The translations under genes were made by a program, and so were the position numbers. A stretch of DNA of 63,982 bases, counting the filler, from Chiloscyllium plagiosum (Eukaryota): NCBI RefSeq assembly GCF_004010195.1. It is 4 parts of one record of this genome, joined end to end, with 100 filler letters (N's around TTAATTAATTAA, not from the genome) between each part and the next. Parts side by side here need not be neighbours in the genome. Positions count along the whole stretch, not along the records: positions 1 to 30,730 come from NC_057710.1; 3 more parts are not named here. The stretch is one strand, 5' to 3'. Below are positions 10,471 to 23,060 of this stretch, piece by piece. Within the stretch, counting starts at the first letter, position 1; every line of letters begins with the position of its first letter. The notes beneath the pieces are model-generated. The model was not told where the DNA came from. It did not search any database and saw only the letters and a program-made list of their open reading frames with translations.

Positions 10471-10543
10471 GGTTGCTTGGTGTAGTGGTTATCACATCTG
10501 CTTTACATGCAAAAGCTCCTGGCTTCAATTCCCAGTGGAATCG
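10471..10543 (+). pseudogene. tRNA-Val(TAC) pseudogene
   Basis: GGTTGCTTGGTGTAGTGGTTATCACATCTGCTTTACATGCAAAAGCTCCTGGCTTCAATTCCCAGTGGAATCG is collinear with vertebrate tRNA-Val-TAC, anticodon at 10504-10506. Mispairs in the acceptor, anticodon and T stems, and a damaged B box. Confidence 0.85.
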
Positions 10544-10549
10544 ATTACT

Positions 10550-12170
10550 TTGATGACAGGATTCAGGAACCTTCGTTAACAAGAGAAATTGAGAGCTTAG
10601 TCAAAAAGGAAGCATATGTAAGGTTTTGGAAACTAAGACAGATGGAGCCCTCAAAGAATGCAAAGATAGCAGGGCTAAAAGGGGTCAGGAAATGTTTTTG
10701 GCAATCACAATTAAGGAAAATCCCAAGGCATTTTAATGTATATGAGAAACAAGAGGGTAGCTAGGGAGAGGGTAGGTTTACTCAGGGACAAAGGAGAGAA
10801 CTTACTCATGGAGCCAGAGGAAGTGGTTGAGGTCCTTATCAAATACTTTGCATTGGCATTCACAAAGGAGAAGAACATGGTGAGTATTGAGGCAGGTATG
10901 TTGAGGTCTCAGAAGACTGGCGAACAGCCAAAGTATAACTTTGTTTAAGAAGGGCAACAAGAGATAAACCAGGAAATTACAGTTCAGTGAGCTTTACGTC
11001 AATAGTAGAAAAATTATTCGAAGGATAGCATTTTCTCACTTTTGGAAAAATATGTATTATTAGTGATGGGCTGTGTGCAAGAAAGACTTTAAGGATTTTT
11101 TGAGGAAGCGACAAAAGTGATTAATGAGGACAAAATAATAGATGTTTTCTCTGTAGAATTTAGCAAGGCCTTCAAGAACGTCCCTCATGGCAGGCTGATA
11201 CAAACTGTGAAGTCTCATGGTGAGCTGGTAAGATGGATACAGAACTAGCTTAGTCATGGAAGGCAGTGAGCAGCATGGAATGGTGTTTTTCAGATTGGAG
11301 ATCTGTAACCAATAGTGCTCCACAGGGATCAGTGCTGGGACCTCTGTTGTCTGTAATATATATAAATAATTTGGAGGAAAATGTAGGTGGCCTCATTAGC
11401 AAGCTTGCGGACAGCACAAAGAATGGGGCATGTGTAGATAGTGAGGAAGATTGCCAGAGGATACAACAGGACATAGATAGGCTAGAGACTTGGGGGAAGA
11501 AATGGTAGATGGAGTTTAATCCAGACAAATGTGTGATAACACATTTTGGGAGATTTAATGCATGAGGGAATTATAGAGTAAATGACAGATCAACATACAG
11601 GTCCACAGTTCGTAAGTGTAGTCCACAAGTGGATAAGGTGGTCAAGAAGGCATATGGCATGCTTGCTTTCATCGGTCAGCGCATACAGTATAAAACTTGG
11701 CAAGAATGTTTTGCAGCTGTATGGACTTTAGTTGGGCTATATTTGGAATACAGTGTATAGTTCTAGTTCCCATATTACCAGAAGGTGGCGGCTCAGTGGT
11801 TAGCACTGCTGCCTCAAAGTGCCAGGGACTTGGGTTCAATTCCAGCTTGGGCGACTGTCTGTGTGGAGTTTGCACATTCTCCCGTTGTTTCTGTGGGTTT
11901 CCTCTAGGTGCTCCTGTTTCCTCCCATAATCCAAAGATGTGCAGGTTATGTGAATTGGCCATGCTAAATTGCCCATCGTGTTCAGAGATGTGTAGGTTAG
12001 GTGCATTAGTTTGAGGTGAACATACGGAAATGGGTCTGGGTGGGATACTCTTCACAGAGTTGGTGTGGACTTGTTGGGCTGAAGGGCCTGTTTCCACACT
12101 GTGTGATTCTATGTAAGGTGGAGGCTTTGGAGAGGGTCCAAAAATGGTTTATTAGGATATTCACTGATTT
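10550..12170 (+). mobile_element. Decayed CR1 ORF2, host to a SINE and a younger CR1; continues at 14875-15320
   Basis: [37 protein letters not shown] and KLADSTK motifs with frameshifts. Confidence 0.85.
11784..12112 (+). mobile_element. HE1-type V-SINE (tRNA-derived head, CR1-type tail)
   Basis: Head GGCTCAGTGGTTAGCACTGCTGCCTCA..GGTTCAATTCC, V-domain TGTGTGGAGTTTGCACATTCTCCC, tail GGGCCTGTTTCCACACTGT. Confidence 0.85.
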
Positions 12171-14872
12171 AAGATTATATATTTGAAATCAGAGAGCAGA
12201 GGTTTCTGGGAAAGGAGGGACTTCTTTTTATTTCTGTCCAGCTATATAAGTCAGTGTTTTCTAAACCCGAGACCCTACCTTTGTAGGGCCTCCCACCCAA
12301 CCATCTCCACTAACCTTAAAGACAAGGGACACATCAGGTGGGCGTCTCTTCTTTTTTACTTTGTGATAAGGGGACTAACAGGGATGGCAGGGAGAGCAAT
12401 GTTCCTCCTGCATGATGTTTGAGGTGAGGGATGCCATTAGTGTCCCATCCAAGTATATCTGCAGGAAGTGCACCCAACTGTTGCTCCTCCAAGACTGTGT
12501 TAGGGAACTGGAATGGGAGCTGGATGAACTTCAGATCATTCGGGAGGCAGAGGCTGTGATAGATAAGAGTTACAGGGAAGTAATTACTCCTAGGCATGAA
12601 GGGGAAAAAAGTCAGTGGAGGGATCTCCTGTGGTCGTTCCCCTGAGAAATATCTTTCCCGTTTTGGATACTGTTGAGGGGGATGGCTTACCAGGGGTTTG
12701 CAATGGGGCCCTGGTCTTTGACACAGAGCTTGTCCCTGTGCACAGAGGGGAAGGAGGGAAAGGAGGAGAGTGTTAGTCATTGGGGACTCAATAATTAGAG
12801 GGTCAGTAGAAGATTTGTTGGGAATGAATGAGACTCCCGGTTGGTGTGTTGCCTCCCAGGTACCAGGGTCCGTGATGTCTCGAATCGTATCTTTGGGGTC
12901 CTTAAGGGAGAGGGTGACCAGCCTCAAGTGTTGTCCACGCAGGTACCAATGACATAGGTAGAAGGAGGGATAGGGATGTAAGGCAGGATTTCAGGGACCT
13001 AGTGTGGAAGCTGAGAGCTAGAACAAACAGAGTTATTATTTCTGGTTTGTTACCCGTGCCACGTGATAGCAAGGCAAGGAATAGGGAGAGATATGAGCTG
13101 AACACGTGGCTGCAAGGATGGTGCAGGAGGGAGAGTTTCAATTGGGTAATTGGGGCTCATTCTGGGGAAGGTGGGACCTGTTCAAACAAGACAGTCTTCA
13201 CTTGAACTTGAGGGGTTCTAATATCCTGGGTGGAAAATTTGCTGGTGCTATTCGAGTGGGTTTAAACTAGCTCAGCGGGGGAATGGGAACCAGAGGTGTA
13301 GTTGCAGTGCACAGGAGGATGAGAGTAGGAAGGACAGGGACAGGATTTCAGGGTCACAGGAATGTGCTGGCAGACAGAAGCTGGTTTGAAATGTGTCTAC
13401 TTCAACGCCAGAAGTATCTGAAATAAGGTAGGTGAGCTTGCAGCATGGATACGTACCTGGGACCATTTCGGAGACATGGATAGAGCAGGGTGAGGAATGG
13501 ATGTTGCAGGTTCCAGGGTTTAGATCTTTCATTAAGAACAGGCAACGTGGTAAAAGGTGGGGGGGGAGGCGTGGCCTTGTTAGTCAAGGATAATATAACG
13601 GTGGCTGAAAGAACTTTTGACGAGGACTCGTCTACTGAGATAGTGTGGGCTGAGGTTAGAAACAGGAGAGGAGAGGTCACACTGCTTGGAGTTTTTTATA
13701 GGCCTCCGCAGAGTTCCACGGAGGAGGAAGTAGGATTGGCAAAATTATTCTGGGTAGGAGTGAAAGGAACAGGGTGGTCATTATGGGGGGACTTTAACTT
13801 CCCCAACATTGACTGGAAATGCTATAACCCTGGTTCATCGGATGGATCAGTTTTTGTCCAATGTGTACAGGAGGATTTCCTGACACAGTATGTTGACAGG
13901 CCGACAAGAGGGGAGGCCACACTGGATCTGGTGCATTGGTAATGAACCAGGCCAGGTGTTTGATTTAATTATAGGTGAGCACTTTGGAGAGTGACCATAT
14001 TCAGTTACGTTTAGTTTAGCGATGGAAAGAGATAACTCTTGCCCTTTGGCATGTATCAATGGTGGAAGGGCAATTATAATGTGATTAGGCAAACCTTAGG
14101 AGGCACAGAATGGGTAGCAAAATGCAGGGGATGCAGGCAATGGAAATGTGGAGCTGGTTTAAGGAACAGATATTGTGTGTCCTTGATAGGTATGTCCCTG
14201 TCAAGCAGGGAGGAAATGATAAGGTAAGGGAATCGTGGTTTACTACAGATATTGCATCTCTTAAGAAATTGCATCTGTTAAACAGAAGAAGGTCCTAGGG
14301 AGCCGTAATGTCATGCTGCAACTATATAAAATGCTAGTGTGGCCACACTTGGGATATTGTGTACAGTTCTGGTCGCTGTATTTTGGGAAGGATGTGGAAG
14401 CATTGGAAAAGGTGCAGAGGAGATTTACCAGGATGTTGTCTGGTCTGGAGGGAAAGTCTTATGAGGAAAGGCTGAGAGACTTGGATCTGTTCTCATTGGA
14501 AAGAAGATGGCTAAGAGGGGATTTGATAAGAGACATACAAGATGAACAGAGGATTAGATAGGGTAGACAGTGAAAGTCTTTTTCCGAAGATGATGACGTC
14601 AGCTTGTACGAGGGGGAATAACTACAAATTGAGGGGTGATAGATTTAGTACAAATGTCAGAGGCAGGTTCTTGACTCAGAGAGTGGTAAGGGGGGATTGC
14701 CCTACCTGCCAATGTAGTTAACTCAGCCACATTAGGGAGATTTAAACAATCCTTGGATGAGCACATGGGTGATGATGGGATAGTGTAGGGGGACGAGCTG
14801 AGAATAGTTCACCGGTCGGCGCAACATCGATGGCCAAAGGGCCTGTTCTGTGCTGTATTGTTCTATGTTCTA
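12171..14872 (+). mobile_element. CR1 LINE with 5' end, ORF1 (Cys motif and SGNH esterase), APE, internal deletion of the RT core, and 3' end
   Basis: ICRKC, VIGDSIIRG, CLPG, GTND, ISGLLPVP; APE motifs GGGVALLV, GVFYRPP, GDFNFP; jump at about 14270-14300 to MLQLYKMLV. Flanked by ATATTC(A/C)CTGATTT at 12157-12170 and 14872-14885. Confidence 0.85.
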
Positions 14873-14874
14873 TA

Positions 14875-15320
14875 TTCCCTGATTTTTGGGCGGGGGGGGG
14901 GGGGGGTGTATTAGTTATGAGGAGCGATTGGACAAACAGGCTTTGGTTTTACTTGAACGTCAAAGGATGAGGGGCGACCTGATAGACATTTACAAAATTA
15001 TGAGAGGCATGGATAGAATGGATAGTCAAAGTCTTTTCCCAGGGTAAAAATGTCAATCACTAGGTGACTTGGGTTTAAGGTAAAAGAGGGTAAGCTTAAA
15101 GGAGATGTGAGAGGCAAGTTTTATATACATACGGTGGTAAGTGCCTGGAATGCACTGCCAGAGGAAGTGGTGGAGGCAGATACAATAGCAACTTTTAAGA
15201 GGCATCTTATCAGTTATATGATTAGACAGGGAATAGAAGGATACAGATAGCTCAAAAAGGTTTTTAGTTTAAAAAGGCATCATGTGCCAGCGCAGTCTTG
15301 GTGTGCTGAGGGCCTGTCCC
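14875..15320 (+). mobile_element. 3' part of the host CR1 that starts at about 10550
   Basis: ISYEERLDK..RGDLIDIYKIMRGMDR..WNALPEEVVEA. Confidence 0.8.
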
Positions 15321-15539
15321 TTGACATTAAACTTAGAAGCACAGTAATTGATGAGAAAGATTGTAAAAAGATGCATTTATTTAATACCTTTAATGAACAT
15401 AAAATATCCCACAGCATTTTACAGATAATGACGTTTAGCAATGGTTACATTTCTAAATTAATGAAGAGAATGCAGTAGAACGTTTGTGATAAGCACGCTG
15501 TCACAAATAACACCAGGGTAATGACAAGTTAATATGCTT

Positions 15540-15780
15540 TTGTAATGTTGATTAAATAATAATTATTGGTCTGTGGGAATTATCTCCCTGCTCCTCATCA
15601 AAGTAGATCCTCGGGCTGGTTTAGATCCATCTGAGAGAGCAGATTTGATCACAGTTTAACAGCTCATACCCCAAACATGCTGCACTTCCTCATGCTGTAT
15701 TTGACTGTAAGATCACAGGTTTAAGCTTATGTCGTGAAATGAAACTTTAGTCCACAACTTTCTGACTCAGGGATGACAAG
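15540..15780 (-). mobile_element. Highly decayed ancient SINE, Deu-domain/SacSINE1-like
   Basis: Minus strand reads CCCTGAGTCAGAAAGTTGTGGACT..GTTAAACTG..CTGCTCTCTCAGATGGAT..GAGCAGGGAG, resembling the recalled shark DeuSINE consensus. Confidence 0.5.
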
Positions 15781-15789
15781 ATTGATTGC

Positions 15790-16205
15790 TACAATGGCAA
15801 GACTGCTATATGAAGAGAGACTGGAAAGGTTAGGGCTATATTCATTGAAACTTAGAAAAGAATGAGGAGAGATATCATAAAACCTTATAAGATTTGAACA
15901 GGACTAGACAGAGTAAAAGCAGGAAGGACATTCCAGATGATCAGACAGTCTAGAACCAGGGGTCACAGTCGAAGGATGTTGGGTTTGACTATTTAGAACC
16001 GAGGAGAAATTTCTTCATCTATAGAGTAGTGAACCCATGGAACTTTCTGCTACAGGAAGCAGTCGAGGGAAAAACATTGAATATTTTCAAGAAGGAGCTA
16101 AATATTGTTCTAGGCACTAAAAAGATCAAGGATATGGGAAGAAAGCAGGAACAGGGTACCAAGTAGGATGTTCAGCCATGATCTATTGAATGGTGGAATA
16201 GGTTC
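15790..16205 (+). mobile_element. CR1 3' fragment
   Basis: YEERLERLGLYSL..SRTRGHS remnant and tail CAGCCATGATCTATTGAATGG. Confidence 0.75.
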
Positions 16206-16887
16206 TTAGAGACGTCTTCATTGTGGAAATATTCTCACAATATGTACCGCCTATGCTTCTCCTAATGTTGTATACCTCAATGAGATTCCGCTCCCCCCTC
16301 CCTCAGCCTTCTCTCCTCCAAGGAGAACAAACCCAGCCTGTCCAATCGCATCCCATAACTGAGACTTTTCATCCCAGGCAACATCCTGGTCAATCTTCTC
16401 TGCATCCTTACCATTGCAATCACATCCTCTACATAAGTGTATACAGTATTCCATCTGTGGCCTAACTAATGTTTTATAAAATTGTAACAGCTCCTATATT
16501 CTATATCCTGACTAATGAAGGCAAGCATCTCGCATGCCTTCTTCACCACCTTGTGCTGACACCTTCAGGGATCGACGAACTTGTAACCAAAGTCCCTTTG
16601 TTCCTCAATACTCGCAAGGAACTTATCATTTATTGTGTATATCCTTCCTTTGTTAGACCTCCCAAAATGCATCACTTTGCACTTATTAGGATTACATTTC
16701 ATCTACTATTGGTCTGCCTAATTTACGATCAATATCAGATGTAGCCCGACACCGTCCTCCTCACTATCAACAAAACCCTTCAATTTTCAAGTCATCTGCA
16801 AACTTACTGATTATATCTTCTAGATTCGTATCCAAGTCGTTAATGTACATAATAAACAGCATGGGTGGCACATTTCCCGTCTTTCAT

Positions 16888-17015
16888 AATGTGGAGGTGT
16901 CGGTGTTGGACTGGGGTGGACAAGGTTAAAAATCACTCAACACCAGGTTATAATCCAACAAGTTTATTCAAAAGCACTAGCTTTTGGAGCACGGCTCCTT
17001 CGTCAGGTTGCTACC
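16888..17015 (-). mobile_element. Penelope-like family A terminus with mutated hammerhead (GAAA to AAAA)
   Basis: GTGTTGGACTGGGGTGGACAAGGTTAAAAATCAC..GCTCCTTCGTCAGG. The short right arm at about 17338-17362 follows the SINE. Confidence 0.7.
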
Positions 17016-17019
17016 TACT

Positions 17020-17330
17020 GATTAGATTAGATTAGATTACTTACAGTGTGGAAACAGGCCTTCGGCCCAACAAGTCCACACCGACCCGCCGAAGCGCAAC
17101 CCACCCATACCCCTACATTTACCCCTTACCTAACACTACGGGCAATTTAGCATGGCCAATTCACCTGACCTGCACATCTTTGGACTGTGGGAGGAAACCG
17201 GAGCACCCGGAGGAAACCCACGGGGAGAACGTGCAAACTCCACACAGTCAGTCGCCTGAGGCGGGAATTGAACCCGGGTCTCTGGCGCTGTGAGGCAGCA
17301 GTGCTAACCACTGTGCCACCGTGCCACCCA
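17020..17330 (-). mobile_element. Young HE1-type V-SINE with (TAATC)n tail
   Basis: Intact A box (TGGCACAGTGG) and B box (GGTTCAATTCC), CpGs retained, ATTAG repeats at 17021-17040. Confidence 0.9.
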
Positions 17331-17650
17331 TCACCACTGTTGCGTGATTTTTAACTTTACCCCTCTTTGAAGCACTCTTCAATCAATTCTTTCCCACAAC
17401 TATGCTTTCACTAAAAAAAAACAGCATGGGTCACAGCACCGATCCCTGTGGTACACCACTGGTCACAGGCTTCCAATCACAAAACAATCTTCTTCCTTTG
17501 CCTTCTATCTGCAAGCCAATTTTGAATCCAGTTTGTTAGATTGCCTTGAATCCCATGCGAAGTTACCTTTTGGACCAACCTTCCATGTGTGACCTTGTCA
17601 AGGCACAAGTCACACAACACCAGGTTATAGTCCACAGGTTTAATTGGAAG

Positions 17651-17685
17651 CACTAGCTTTCAGAGCGCCACTCCTTCATCAGGCG
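17651..17685 (-). ncRNA. Minimal hammerhead motif (family A) with wobble substitutions
   Basis: CGC-CTGATGA-A-GGAGT-GGC-GCTCT-GAAA-GC-TA-GTG. The mirror copy at 18802-18836 has lost the G of GAAA. Confidence 0.55.
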
Positions 17686-18069
17686 GTTGTGGAGTGCACA
17701 ATTGTAAGACACAGAATTTATAGCAAAGGTTTACAGTGTGATGTAACTGAAATTATATTGAAAAATACCTTGATTGATGTTAAGTCTTTCATCTGTTAGC
17801 ATGACCATGATAGTTTCACTTCTTTCATATGTAAATCACAAAACTGTTTTTAAAAGTTACAGTCTCAGGTTGACTGTAAGAATTGGTGTCAGCCCAGATA
17901 AGACGTTGAGATGGTGAAGGTGTTAGCCCCCTGTGTTCCCTGCCTGTGCAATAATGTTTCAATTGATTTTTATCTAAAAAGTGCGTTAACAGAGTCTTAC
18001 ATGGATTCATGCAGTTTTTGAGTAAAGTACAATGTAACTCTGCAAGTACAAATTTACCCCACAAACGTA

Positions 18070-18425
18070 TATGTGTACGTGTGCATGTGTGTGTGTGTCT
18101 GTGTGTGTGTGTATGTCTGGGGTGGGATGTGTGTATGTATGTATGTATGTATGTATGTGTGTGTGTGTGTGTACACGTGTGCTCTGGGGTGGGGAGTTGA
18201 CAGTGTCTCACAGACAGTCACAAACCCCCACCCCAGACAGACACACACCTCCTACAGCCACACACACTCCCATATTCACACATGCACCCTCTCACAAACT
18301 TAGACCACTTTACACTCACACACACAGACATATACACTCCCTCATAGACACTCACAAAACCCCACTCCAGACACACGTGCGTGCGCACACACAAACAAAC
18401 CGACATGCACACATACACGTATATG
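18070..18425. repeat. (TG)n/(TATG)n followed by (CA)n-rich microsatellite
   Basis: Directly visible; forms the centre of the inverted repeat. Confidence 0.95.
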
Positions 18426-20529
18426 TTTGTAAGGTGAATTTGTATTTGCAGAGTTACATTGTACTTTGCTCAAAAACTGCATGAATCCATGTGAGACTCT
18501 GTTAACTCACTTTTTAGATTAGAATCAGTCTAAACATTATGGCACCGACAGGGAACACAGGGGGCTAACACCTACAACACCTCAACATCTTATTTGTGCT
18601 GACACCAATTTTTACAGTTAACCTGAGAATGTAATTTTTAAAAAACAATTTGTGATATGAAAGAAGTGAAACTATCATGGTCATTATAACAGATGAGAGA
18701 CTTAACATCAACCAAGATATTTTTCAATGTATAATTTCAGTTACATCACACTGTAAACCTTTGCTTTAAATTATGTGTCTTACAATTGTGCACTCCACAA
18801 CCACCTGATGAAGGAGTAGCGCTCCAAAAGCTTGTGCTTCCAATTAAACCTGTTGGACTGTAACCTGGTGTTGTGTGATTTGTAACTTTGTACACCCCAG
18901 TCCAACACAGGCATCTCCAAATCTTGTCAAAGGCCGAATTGAAGTCCTGCACTACCGTCATCAATATATTTAGTCACCTTTTCAAAGAACTTAAAATACA
19001 TTAGTCAGGCAGGCTCTCCCTCTACCAAATATGTGCTGACTATCCCTGATCAATCCCTGCCTTTCCAAGTGTTGATTAATCCTGTCCGTCAGAATTCTTT
19101 TCATAATTTCCCTGCCATTGACCTCAGATTAACTGGTCTGTAATTATCTGGCCCACCCCTGCCGCCCTTTTGAACAAAGGAACCACATTAGCTCTCCTCC
19201 AGTCATCTGGCATTTCACCTGTGGCCAGTGAAGTATTAATATCTCTCTCAGGATCCCAGCAATCTTCTCCCTTGCCTCCCATTAGTAGCCTGAGATACAT
19301 CTCATCAGGCCCTGGGAAATCTATGTACCTTAATACCTGCTAAAACATCTAATTCCTTATTAATCTTAATTGTAGCCATGAAATCCATGACTACAATGTC
19401 TTTCTCCTCTGTGAATACCTCTGTGAAACATTGATAACCCTTTACATCCAGGTTTTGCTGGACTTGCTGCCTAGCCATTCACTCTTAGAGGAACACACTG
19501 GTCCTGAACTTTCACTATGCTACTTAGAAAAGACTCCCACTGTCCAAGTGAAGACCTAGTATATATATTTGCCAGATCTCATCTAATGATATTAAAATTG
19601 GCCTTCCTCCAATTTAGACACTTAACATTTGCACAATCCTTATGTTTTCCTGTAATGACTAGAAAACTTAGAGTTATGGTCACTACCCCCAAATGCTCAC
19701 CTACTGAAACTTTAGCCACTTGATTAGCACTGCCCCATCTATAGTAGGACTATGTATTGGTGCAAAAAGCTGTCATGGACTTGGAGGGGAAAATTTGCTG
19801 GAATATAGGGAAAGTGCACAGATATGCAACAAATCTTTCAAAGAGTTGATGCAGGTGCAGTGGAACTGAATGGCCTCCTCTGTGCTGTATAATTTTGTGA
19901 TACTATGGATGGTAACTAAAAATTGAGAAATGCAAGCATCTAGTTTTAGCAATAATAGTTAAATGGAACTATCAAGAAGCTACACATTTTAAAATTCTGA
20001 CTACCAGCTCTCAAAGATTGATTCAAAGTTGCTAAGGATTGTAAGTTCATTAAGGAAAACTATTCCAAGTGCTTTATGATTTAGAAATGGAGAGGTTGCA
20101 ACAACGTGGGTATAATATTTCCCAATTCACAAGCATGCCAAAATATCCAGCCATACTAGCAAAGGGAAGTGTGCAACATTTAATATTTCTTAAAGAATAT
20201 TCTGCTGTTCTATTACCAAAACATGTATGAGTCAAACTCTTCACTTCAAATGTTCCAAGAGATCACATAAGCTCAGGATTCAATACTTTTGTATGTTTGC
20301 CAGCATAACAAGAAGGTACATCTGGAGGAAACTTTGATGTTTTCTCAAAATTGGCATAGGTGGTTGTCAAAAGTTGAAAAATGCACCAGGATTAGCCTTC
20401 TAGGATCTTAACTAAGTTTAATTTATGCTATTCAAACAGTGCAAAATGCTGAGCTTCAATTTATGCGTTAAAAAAAAGGATTTTAGTTCAGATACTAATG
20501 TAATAAATTATTTGTGATTAGTTTGGTGG

Positions 20530-20820
20530 ACTTTAAATTCAATTCATAAATCTGGAATATGAAGCTTGTCTTAGTAATGGCGACCATGAAATTATAATTG
20601 ACTTTTGTAAAAAGCCATCATGTTCACTAATGTCTTTAGAGAAGGAAAACTTATATCCTTACCCAGTCTGGCCTATGTGTGGCTCCAAGTCTGTAACAAT
20701 GTGGTTAACTCTTAAACTGCCATCTGGAATAGCTAGTATGCCACTCAGTTTCAAGGATAATTATAGATCGGCAATAAATGCTGACCTTGCAAACAAAATT
20801 CATAGCCCATGAAAGATTAA
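20530..20820 (+). mobile_element. Ancient SINE, body and L2-type tail
   Basis: Collinear with 39595-39990; ends GGCAATAAATGCTGACCTTGC..CCCATGAA. Confidence 0.6.
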
Positions 20821-20859
20821 AGGAAAAGTAATGTTCTAAACACCCAGCTACTACTTTAT

Positions 20860-21290
20860 AAATAATGATTTCCAGCATTTTTCCGATGACAAATCGTAGA
20901 CTAACTGGCCAATAGTTTACTGATTTCTATCTTCCTCCTTTCTTAAATAGTCGTGTTCTATTTCTGTTTTCCAATCTGTTAGGACTTTTTCAGAATCTAT
21001 AGAATTTTGCAAGATTAAATCGATGCATCCACCATCTCTGAATACATTTTGGTTTCAAGACTTAGGAAGCAGTCCATTCCTCTAGTAATTTGTCAGCCTT
21101 TAATGTCATTAGTTTCCTTAGTAAATTTTCTCTTGTGATTGCGATTGTCTTAAGTTCCTGTCCTTTTTTTGCCCTCTTGGTATTTTCGTATTTTTTAGAC
21201 ATGCTTTTGTGACTTCTACCATGAGGACCAATACAAAATTCTTGTTCAAAACTTCTTTTAATTTGATACCATTCTTAATTTCCTTAGTTA
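20860..21290 (-). mobile_element. Very decayed CR1 RT fragment
   Basis: NYWPVSL and WLTKEIKNGIKLKE remnants. Confidence 0.55.
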
Positions 21291-22689
21291 ACCACAGAGG
21301 ATGCTGTATATAGAACATTGCTGTGCAAAAATCTTTTCCTGCAAGTCCCACCTAGAAGGATGATCAAGGTCCAAAAGAATTTATTCAGCTGTGAAGTATA
21401 GGGAATATTCTTAAAGTAAATATTATATAAATAAAGTATTTTCCTTCTTTCTTGTCATAGCAAACATGGGTACAGACATTTTAGTTTCATCAAATCAAGA
21501 TTATGTCACCCATGGCTTCCACTTTTTGAAGCATCACAATTAATTATTTTGTCTAAAGAGATTTGAAGCTGTGGCAATTTATTAACAGGAACACAAAACC
21601 AAACACCCCTGTAAAGATATGTAGGTAAGCCGTCCAAGTAGATTGACTGGTAGTCGCAGTCTTTTAATAGTGAGTGCACTGGGCTTTTCCACTGACGTGC
21701 TGATTAATTCCAGTCATGTCTCTTTATAAGTGCTTTTCTTTTTGCAAAATATTGTCAAGGTAGTTCGACTGTAATTGGTGACATTTTTATCCAGTTCGTC
21801 ACTGTGCATATTTCTTTTTCTTAACAAAATTAATTTTGCATGCTCCCTCAATATCCAATCTTCTATTTGCTATTCAGTTAAGTTTGCAAGAACAGAAAAA
21901 AAATCTTGCATATGTAGTGTATTCCACCTTCTCACTAAAAGATCAATAAGTAAGTGACCTTATACTCTATTTAGCTTTGTGCCTCATCAACCCCCACGCT
22001 CATTGTTACTAGTGACAGAATGTAGGGGAACAAGCACAAGAAGGCCATGGCAACAGATGTAACCTCTCAAACAATGCAACTGCTGTTAAAAACAACTATA
22101 TTACCCTCAGAATGAAATGGGATCTGAAAGCTACATTCATTTGAGTTTTGGTTTATATGTGCCATTAAAATCTGAACAATTATTTTGCATGCTAAAGTAA
22201 ATGATCTATTAGAAGAAATAAATACACTTAAAAATTGAATCATTATAAATATTGAATACCTGGAACCGTGGTATATGTCAACCTTTGAAGCCTCCAGAAG
22301 TTCTTCCAAAAACAGAGATCAGCATACACTCAAAATATAAATTGTGTACTCCTAATGTGGTTGAAGCCTATTTGAATTGTGAAGAAAAAACATCAGGTAA
22401 TTAATTTTAAATTAACGCAACACAATTTATTAAATTAGTTAATTGTATAAAGATAGCACTAACTACAATCAAAAAATTTTAAAGCCATCAAAAACATTGT
22501 CTTTGACATGCAAATAAAGAATTCATTCTGAGTCACTTTGATTACAGTATCATAAGGATCTGACTGTGGATCAGATATGATATTTTCAGTTTCAAAAGGC
22601 ATGCATCCAAAAGCAGAACTATGCATGTTAGACCCCTGCTCCCACCGTAGTATGGGTGATATTTTCTTCGCAGGCATATATTAATCTCA

Positions 22690-23060
22690 AAAATTATCTC
22701 AAACACCTGGAAGGAAATTTATTTTTGGCATGGTTTTACATTTTGTTCCATTGGTCTTGCAAGCTAGTACAACCATGAATCTCATCTTCTTAAGTCCTGT
22801 ATTTTTCACTGGAACTGTTTTGAAACCATTCACCTCCACAGTTTGGCTGCTGGGCATATCTTCTGTGGTTATGGTGTGAATAAAATTTTGTCTTTTTGCC
22901 ACTGTTGGATGATGAATCACTACAAATTGGTAATTTTTGGAGCCTTTTGGTAGTCTCAATGATCCTGGTCCCTGTCACAACATTAGACATTTTTATTCTA
23001 TAAAGCAACTAATTCATATGTTGTTGCGCTAAAACCATGGCTAGGACCAGGGGTTTATTT
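22690..23060 (-). mobile_element. pogo/Tigger-type DDE transposase remnant
   Basis: DMPSSQTVEVNGFKTVPVKNTGLKKMRFMVVLACKTNGTK..KTMPKINFLPGV resembles the DDE_1 segment of POGK-like transposases. Confidence 0.65.

Larger units (their letters stand above)
17607..18923. mobile_element. 1.3-kb inverted-repeat Penelope-like element (family A) with central TG/CA microsatellite
   Basis: Arms of about 600 bp mirrored around 18210, hammerhead motif near each outer end, TTGTCAA(A)GGC duplicated at 17595-17604 and 18924-18934. Confidence 0.8.
16240..19780 (-). mobile_element. Old CR1 ORF2 split by Penelope-like and SINE insertions
   Basis: RT motifs (SKFADD near 16800, GVPQGSV near 17440, FDK.. near 17595 and 18925, NYRPVNL near 19130) are collinear across the inserts. 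Confidence 0.75.

Noticed and set aside
10471..10543. Functional tRNA-Val gene
   Set aside because: Mispairs in three stems, altered B box and no T4 terminator.
17825..18484. His/Thr- and Cys/Val-rich ORFs
   Set aside because: They are translations of TG/CA microsatellite.
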